A stretch of 64,000 nt of DNA from a virus. Its lineage: Duplodnaviria; Heunggongvirae; Uroviricota; Caudoviricetes. The notes beneath the pieces were generated by a model. That model was not told the origin of the DNA. It did not search any database and was given only the letters and a program-made list of their open reading frames with translations. Each line of letters starts with the position of its first letter. Position 1 is the first letter of the stretch. Of the stretch, positions 63,635-64,000 are shown in pieces. The DNA is taken from the IMG/VR virus record IMGVR_UViG_3300037512_000782, positions 188,732 through 252,731 of that record. One strand, written 5' to 3'. The position numbers and the translations under genes are program-made.

Positions 63635-64000
63635 ATGAAAAAAACAACAATCATCGCAACCCTCATCGCAGCCCTTGCCCTCATCACGTTCTTCGGCATG
63701 GAGAATAACGCCAAAACGGTCTATGATCCGACTATGCAAGGACAGATCTCGTCGGTACTAAGTCCTACTGGAGAACAGCAAGTCGCCAGAACGTATGTTC
63801 GAGGGTATACCAAGAAGAATGGTACTTATGTAGCACCGCATTATCGCAGTACGCCGTCTGAATCGTATGACAAGTATGGTAACTATAAGTGGCGTACGCT
63901 GTCTTATTACGGTCAGTATAACACTTACAACAATTCGTTCCGTACGAACTACGTAAGACCGTACATCAGAAGTAACGGTTCCTATGTGGGTGGCTATTAT
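63635..64000 (+). CDS. secreted Tyr/Asn-rich protein, 3'-truncated by the window end
   Basis: ATG 63635 after cassette dd, the (AACAATC)x4 repeat and AAAAGGA. Signal peptide MKKTTIIATLIAALALITFFG. Open frame runs to position 64000. Confidence 0.45.
   Translation, partial: MKKTTIIATLIAALALITFFGMENNAKTVYDPTMQGQISSVLSPTGEQQVARTYVRGYTKKNGTYVAPHYRSTPSESYDKYGNYKWRTLSYYGQYNTYNNSFRTNYVRPYIRSNGSYVGGYY

Noticed and set aside
1-64000. tRNA or other structured RNA genes
   Set aside because: No stretch with T-loop GTTCRANYC and matching acceptor-stem complementarity was found in intergenic regions on reading. A covariance-model scan would be needed for certainty.

Overview
This window reads as a contiguous segment of a large dsDNA bacteriophage genome. 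It is densely coding, with no rRNA, tRNA or CRISPR found, frequent translational coupling and many intrinsic terminators. I see three compartments.

1. ~0-37.4 kb: a mosaic of accessory genes, most with a host-like promoter motif TTGCTATATT(T)G ending ~5 nt before the ATG. This is a Bacteroidetes/FCB-type -7 box (TAnnTTTG) that implies leaderless or SD-less mRNAs. The genes are:
- a vWA protein
- a DHH/DHHA1 phosphoesterase
- a sigma-70-family sigma factor
- a Thg1-like tRNA 5'-end repair enzyme
- a CCA-adding enzyme and an HD hydrolase
- a Preiss-Handler-type NAD salvage operon: pncB, a bifunctional NMNAT/Nudix, and pncA
- a UDP-galactopyranose mutase
- a PGRP-type amidase endolysin
- a LemA / membrane / beta-helix / flotillin operon
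- a DGQHR ParB-like protein
- two free-standing AT-rich GIY-YIG homing endonucleases with tandem-repeat DNA-binding arrays

2. 37.45-41.87 kb: a compositionally distinct minus-strand island with higher GC and AGG/CGG/GTG-rich codons. It carries nine genes and its own host-like promoter and terminator (moron-like). Seven translationally coupled paralogs each have one N-terminal membrane anchor, and one gene is a YdjM/DUF457-like membrane hydrolase.

3. 43.5-64 kb: a hyperplastic region of ~45 small plus-strand genes, including ArdC-like and RadC-like anti-restriction candidates.
- ~30 of the genes are preceded by the same composite cassette: GACTGGCAC ... CGGGRCTGCCTCG (in a covarying GC hairpin) - N15 (with TATT) - TWTRYAAMC - strong AAGGAG SD - ATG.
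- This is a phage-specific promoter/stem-loop element analogous to T4 PeSLs, possibly read by the phage sigma factor.

Coordinates I derived by hand (features not in the ORF track, motifs, terminators) may be off by 1-2 nt.
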